A DNA stretch of 61,751 bases, the filler included. It is 8 parts of 8 records of this genome, joined end to end, with 100 filler letters (N's around TTAATTAATTAA, not from the genome) between each part and the next. Parts side by side here need not be neighbours in the genome. Positions count along the whole stretch, not along the records: positions 51,348 to 61,751 come from SRR31156797_59559; 7 more parts are not named here. One strand, given 5' to 3'. Both the position numbers and the translations under genes were made by a program. The notes under the pieces are model-generated. The model searched no databases and was not told the origin of the DNA. It saw nothing but the letters and a program-made list of their open reading frames with translations. Positions 58,383 to 61,751 of this stretch are shown piece after piece; position 1 is the first letter of the stretch, and every line of letters begins with the position of its first letter.

Positions 58383-59099
58383 ATGTCACTTGACGTGCAG
58401 GATGTTTTTGCCGGTTATTATGAGGATATAAATATCTTACAGGGGGTTTCCGTCATTGCTGAAAAGGGCCGGATCACCATCGTTATCGGTGCGAACGGGG
58501 TTGGTAAATCAACGCTCTTCAAAGCCATTTATGGTTTCTTAAAGCCCAAGGCTGGAAAAATCATCTACAATAACGAAGATATAACCGGGGCAAACCCATA
58601 CACCATATCGAAAAAGGGCATTTCCTACATCCCCCAGCGCAGAAATATCTTTCCCTATCTGTCTGTGGAAGAGAACTGGGAAATGGGGGCCTGGATTTTC
58701 AGAAGTGACAAGAAACGGATCAAACGGCGCATTCAGGCAAATTATGACCGGTTTCCCAATCTCGTGGCTAAAAGTAAAACGGATGCCGGCGCCCTGAGCG
58801 GCGGGGAGCAGAGAATGGTGGAGATCGGAAGGGCCCTGATGGTGGATCCCGACCTTATACTGGTGGATGAGCCCACTGCCGGTCTTGCGCCGGTGGTCGC
58901 CAAAGAGATCTATGATAAGTTGAAACAGCTGAACCGGGAAGAGAACAAGACCATTTTACTGGTGGATCAAAACATCCGCCAGGCCATGAAAATTGCCGAT
59001 TATATCTATATCCTTGAATTGGGCAAAAACAAAACCCAGGGATCCCGAAAAGAGTTTGAAACCGACTTGAAAGCCATGATCAAGGATTGGCTGTTCTAA
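58383..59099 (+). CDS. Liv-type ABC ATPase (LivF-like)
   Basis: GANGVGKST, LSGGEQRM and DEPTAGLAP. Confidence 0.9.
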   Translation: MSLDVQDVFAGYYEDINILQGVSVIAEKGRITIVIGANGVGKSTLFKAIYGFLKPKAGKIIYNNEDITGANPYTISKKGISYIPQRRNIFPYLSVEENWEMGAWIFRSDKKRIKRRIQANYDRFPNLVAKSKTDAGALSGGEQRMVEIGRALMVDPDLILVDEPTAGLAPVVAKEIYDKLKQLNREENKTILLVDQNIRQAMKIADYIYILELGKNKTQGSRKEFETDLKAMIKDWLF

Positions 59100-59103
59100 A
59101 TAA

Positions 59104-59132
59104 GGCCGGGGGCATGCTCCATCCCCCGGCCG
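59104..59132. terminator. Hairpin between convergent genes
   Basis: GGCCGGGGG-N11-CCCCCGGCC, with a T-rich tail on the minus strand. Confidence 0.6.
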
Positions 59133-59135
59133 GTC

Positions 59136-60320
59136 TCAACATGCCGCCATGGGGGCCATCTGCTCCGCCGGTGTTATCATGGACGTTTCAATGGAAAGCG
59201 CATGGTAAATTCCCCGTACGTTACAGTTGTCTCCGGTTCGTTCGTGGTGGATGAGGAAATCGAAGTCCTTCATTCGAGAGTAAAAATCCTCAAATACCCG
59301 GTTCCGGGTCTCAAGGAAGATATAGCTGTCATGGTGGATCCCGAAGACAGAGGCGGCATGGTGGAGCATGAGGAACAAACAGGCCGCCGACATGTATTTG
59401 TGGATGGGCTCCCTGTACAGCTCGGGATAGAACTTTGATACATTGAGGGATTTTGAACAGGCATCATAGGACAGGATCAATTCCGTGGAGATCTCCCTTT
59501 CCTTTTCCTTACTGTACAGGAAATACTCGATGCAGGATCCGTCCCGGAGGTAGGAAAGGGAAAAGCGGTCGAGGAAGGACGGCACCTGGATATCCATGAA
59601 CGAAAATTCTGTATCGTCCGGATTCTGCCAGTCCGGCACCTTGTCAAACAGATGCTCACCCGCAAGCCAACGGGTAACGGGATCACTGTTGGAAAAACAG
59701 CAGTCCATGGCCATGGGCAATTCCAGGGGCACGGAATCGACCCCATGGTAGCGGCATACCGTGCGTACCGTCTCCCGGGCAAGATAATACACAAAATTGC
59801 TTGAGCTTGAGGTTTCGATCTCAGCGTTGTGATTTCCGGACTCGAAGGCTTCCTTGCAAGTCTTGTGACTGTAAGATGTCCATGACCTGCAGATGAGGGG
59901 GCGCACCGGATAGATGCTGCATTTTCCCTGTTCCAGAAAAACGCAGGGGGAACTCTCCTTTATCCTGACCCGGTTCTCGAGGGAGGCCCCTTCGGTCAGT
60001 AGTCGGTTGTTTTGGATTCGTTCCTGTAAACGGGCCCGCTCCTGGTCCGTGAATTCGTTGCCGACCCAGGAAAAAACAAGCAATGCCTCGGCTGGGGTCA
60101 GCTTTATCTGGTTATAACAGCAGTAACTGCAACCGGCTTTACACGCCACCCGGTCTTCCGTTTGTGTGTCATGGACGTTTTCCACGATGTTCGCGGCCAG
60201 GTCCATGATCTCCAGCAGGGCCGTCTTCATTCCTTCCTGGGAAAAATCCGGTTTTAAATGGGCGTCGGTAATTTGTGCAAATAGGTTTTTAAGGGCTTCT
60301 TCAGCCTTGACTCTGTCCAT
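59136..60320 (-). CDS. YkgJ/FliB-like cysteine-cluster protein with additional C-terminal domain
   Basis: ACKAGCSYCC, CVFL...CSIYPVRPLICR, followed by about 150 aa of an unrelated alpha/beta domain. Confidence 0.8.
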   Translation of the reverse strand: MDRVKAEEALKNLFAQITDAHLKPDFSQEGMKTALLEIMDLAANIVENVHDTQTEDRVACKAGCSYCCYNQIKLTPAEALLVFSWVGNEFTDQERARLQERIQNNRLLTEGASLENRVRIKESSPCVFLEQGKCSIYPVRPLICRSWTSYSHKTCKEAFESGNHNAEIETSSSSNFVYYLARETVRTVCRYHGVDSVPLELPMAMDCCFSNSDPVTRWLAGEHLFDKVPDWQNPDDTEFSFMDIQVPSFLDRFSLSYLRDGSCIEYFLYSKEKEREISTELILSYDACSKSLNVSKFYPELYREPIHKYMSAACLFLMLHHAASVFGIHHDSYIFLETRNRVFEDFYSRMKDFDFLIHHERTGDNCNVRGIYHALSIETSMITPAEQMAPMAAC

Positions 60321-60733
60321 TTTTGCCGTATCTCCTTAACCTTTATCTTGGGCAGAGAGAGGTCTACGGCGTAATGCAGAAGATATCAGAGCCTTCAGAT
60401 TGTCGTCTGTTCCGTCAGGGGATTCCCCGGACGATTCCGGCTACCATACACCCTATGGCGAAGGGTGACAACAATAAGATGACGAAAGGCGCAAATATTC
60501 AGTGAAACCGGGCCGCTTCCGGGAAAAGGGGGTCAAAAAAATCGCCACCCCATCCCCGGGAAGAGGGCTTCTCCGGGGCACACGTTGCCTTTCAGAAGTG
60601 GGCTTTAACCGACCCTTCGAGGGAATATGATTAAAATAACGTTGTCAAGTTTAAACGATTTTGATAACGCAAGTGGGGGTGTTGTTCCCATGGACATTTC
60701 TGTTTCTATCAATGAATGTAAAAAGGAGAAAAA

Positions 60734-61264
60734 ATGACAATGGATGAAGTGCTGATTCGTCAGGTTGAAAGAAACGATTTGAATGAGTGCTTTTTGATTG
60801 AGGCGGCCTGTTATACGACGGATGGCGCGACAAAAGAGAAGATCGGAAAAAGGATTGATGGTTTTCCCGAAGGATTTTTGGTCGCCGAGTTGAACGGCAG
60901 GGTGGTCGGTTTCATCAACGGCGGATCTACCAGCAAGGAAGACATAACAGATGAATCGTTTAAGGATATGGTCGGCCATGACAGCTCCGGAACAAACATC
61001 GTAATCTTCTCCGTGGCCATTCATCCGGATTTCCAAAAAAAGGGGATCTCGGTGCCGCTCCTGGAAAAGTATATTGCGTTGTCCAGGGACCTTCAAAAAA
61101 ACAAGATCCTGCTGATCTGCAAGGATGACCTGATTTCATATTATGAAAGATTCGGATTCTCTTACATCGCAGAATCCAGCTCCGAACACGGCGGCTTCAA
61201 ATGGCATGAAATGGGGCTGCTTCTAAATGATGAATCCAGTATACTCTCCACTGCTACCTGTTAA
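60734..61264 (+). CDS. GNAT N-acetyltransferase (AANAT-like)
   Basis: FPEGFLVAE..G.VVGFING, I.SVAIHPDFQKKGI, L.CK..LI.YYERFGF and HGG..W.EM. Confidence 0.9.
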   Translation: MTMDEVLIRQVERNDLNECFLIEAACYTTDGATKEKIGKRIDGFPEGFLVAELNGRVVGFINGGSTSKEDITDESFKDMVGHDSSGTNIVIFSVAIHPDFQKKGISVPLLEKYIALSRDLQKNKILLICKDDLISYYERFGFSYIAESSSEHGGFKWHEMGLLLNDESSILSTATC

Positions 61265-61344
61265 AAACAAAATTATGGGGGCAATATCAGGCCTGGGTGC
61301 CGTGTGTGGGCTCAAGCTGACGCTTTCGACCCGGGAGTAAAAAG

Positions 61345-61751
61345 ATGGTATCAAGAATCAGCATGGCATCGTGGCGGGTGGTGGATCTTACCCACCCCCT
61401 GGATGAAAGTATTCCCATCTGGCCGGGGGATCCTGAGTTCAAGCTCACTTCCCAGGCCTCCTACGAGACAGATGGCTATCTCACCAACCGCATGGTGGTG
61501 GGGGAGCACAGCGGTACCCACTGGGGCACCCCCAATACTTTTATTCAAGGCGGGAGGAGCGCCGGCATGTTCACGGCAGAGGAGCTGGTGGTGCCGGCCG
61601 TGGTGATGGACATCCGCGCCATTGCCCGCCATGACCGGGATTATGCGCTCACGGTGGAGGCGGTGACGGCCTGGGAAAGGAAGAACGGCAGGATTCCCCG
61701 GGGCAGCGTGGTTGTTCTCTTCACCGGCTGGCAGGAGCGATGGAACGATCC
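61345..61751 (+). CDS. Cyclase / kynurenine-formamidase-like family protein (3'-truncated; absent from ORF track)
   Basis: Manual translation gives MVSRISMASWRVVDLTHPLDESIPIWPGDP...GEHSGTHWGTPNTF...WERKNGRIPRGSVVVLFTGW. GGAG RBS at 61334. Confidence 0.85.
   Translation, partial: MVSRISMASWRVVDLTHPLDESIPIWPGDPEFKLTSQASYETDGYLTNRMVVGEHSGTHWGTPNTFIQGGRSAGMFTAEELVVPAVVMDIRAIARHDRDYALTVEAVTAWERKNGRIPRGSVVVLFTGWQERWND

Noticed and set aside
1-61751. CRISPR arrays, tRNA/rRNA genes, intact transposases or integrases
   Set aside because: None were recognised by eye. Short or divergent RNA genes cannot be excluded without a covariance-model scan.

Overview
This window is not one locus. It is eight unrelated contig pieces joined by seven artificial 100-nt spacers (N44-TTAATTAATTAA-N44), so gene neighbourhood is only meaningful within a piece. 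Most pieces look like anaerobic Desulfobacterota-type DNA; piece 4 looks Bacteroidota-like (both are inference from gene content). (1) 1-6424: FapA-like end, a large unknown protein, exeAB, an MFS transporter and the glnA 3' end. (2) 6525-16151: copA plus a SHOCT gene under a likely sigma-54 promoter, a PAS-GGDEF cyclase, a GH63-like/DUF547 fusion, a 2-hydroxyacyl-CoA dehydratase-type pair and a TetR regulator. (3) 16252-21396: SplB-like end, and a DOMON-heme / PhnD-like binding protein / hybrid kinase operon. (4) 21497-28065: interior of a giant HYR/PKD/SprB-repeat surface protein. (5) 28166-35251: contractile-injection-system-type baseplate genes, preceded by an unknown protein with a C-terminal membrane segment. 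(6) 35352-43616: acyl-CoA ligase, MBL hydrolase, an unannotated Trp-rich leader peptide with a double-terminator attenuator ahead of aroF, a PhzF-like gene, a c-di-GMP-I riboswitch ahead of a PEP-CTERM-type protein, and a double-cubane protein plus activase. (7) 43717-51247: lysS, two lolC/E genes, lolD, bamA, skp. (8) 51348-61751: a nitrogenase-like system (NifH-like domain fused to a NifD-like subunit, plus a NifK/BchZ-like subunit) with a ligand pattern unlike nitrogenase, a Liv-type ABC transporter, a YkgJ fusion, a GNAT and a cyclase-family gene. The strongest novelty candidates are the nitrogenase-like reductase, the relay-type Trp attenuator on aroF, the possibly membrane-tethered CIS and the riboswitch-controlled sorted surface protein. 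All family calls come from motif recognition by eye; no searches were run.
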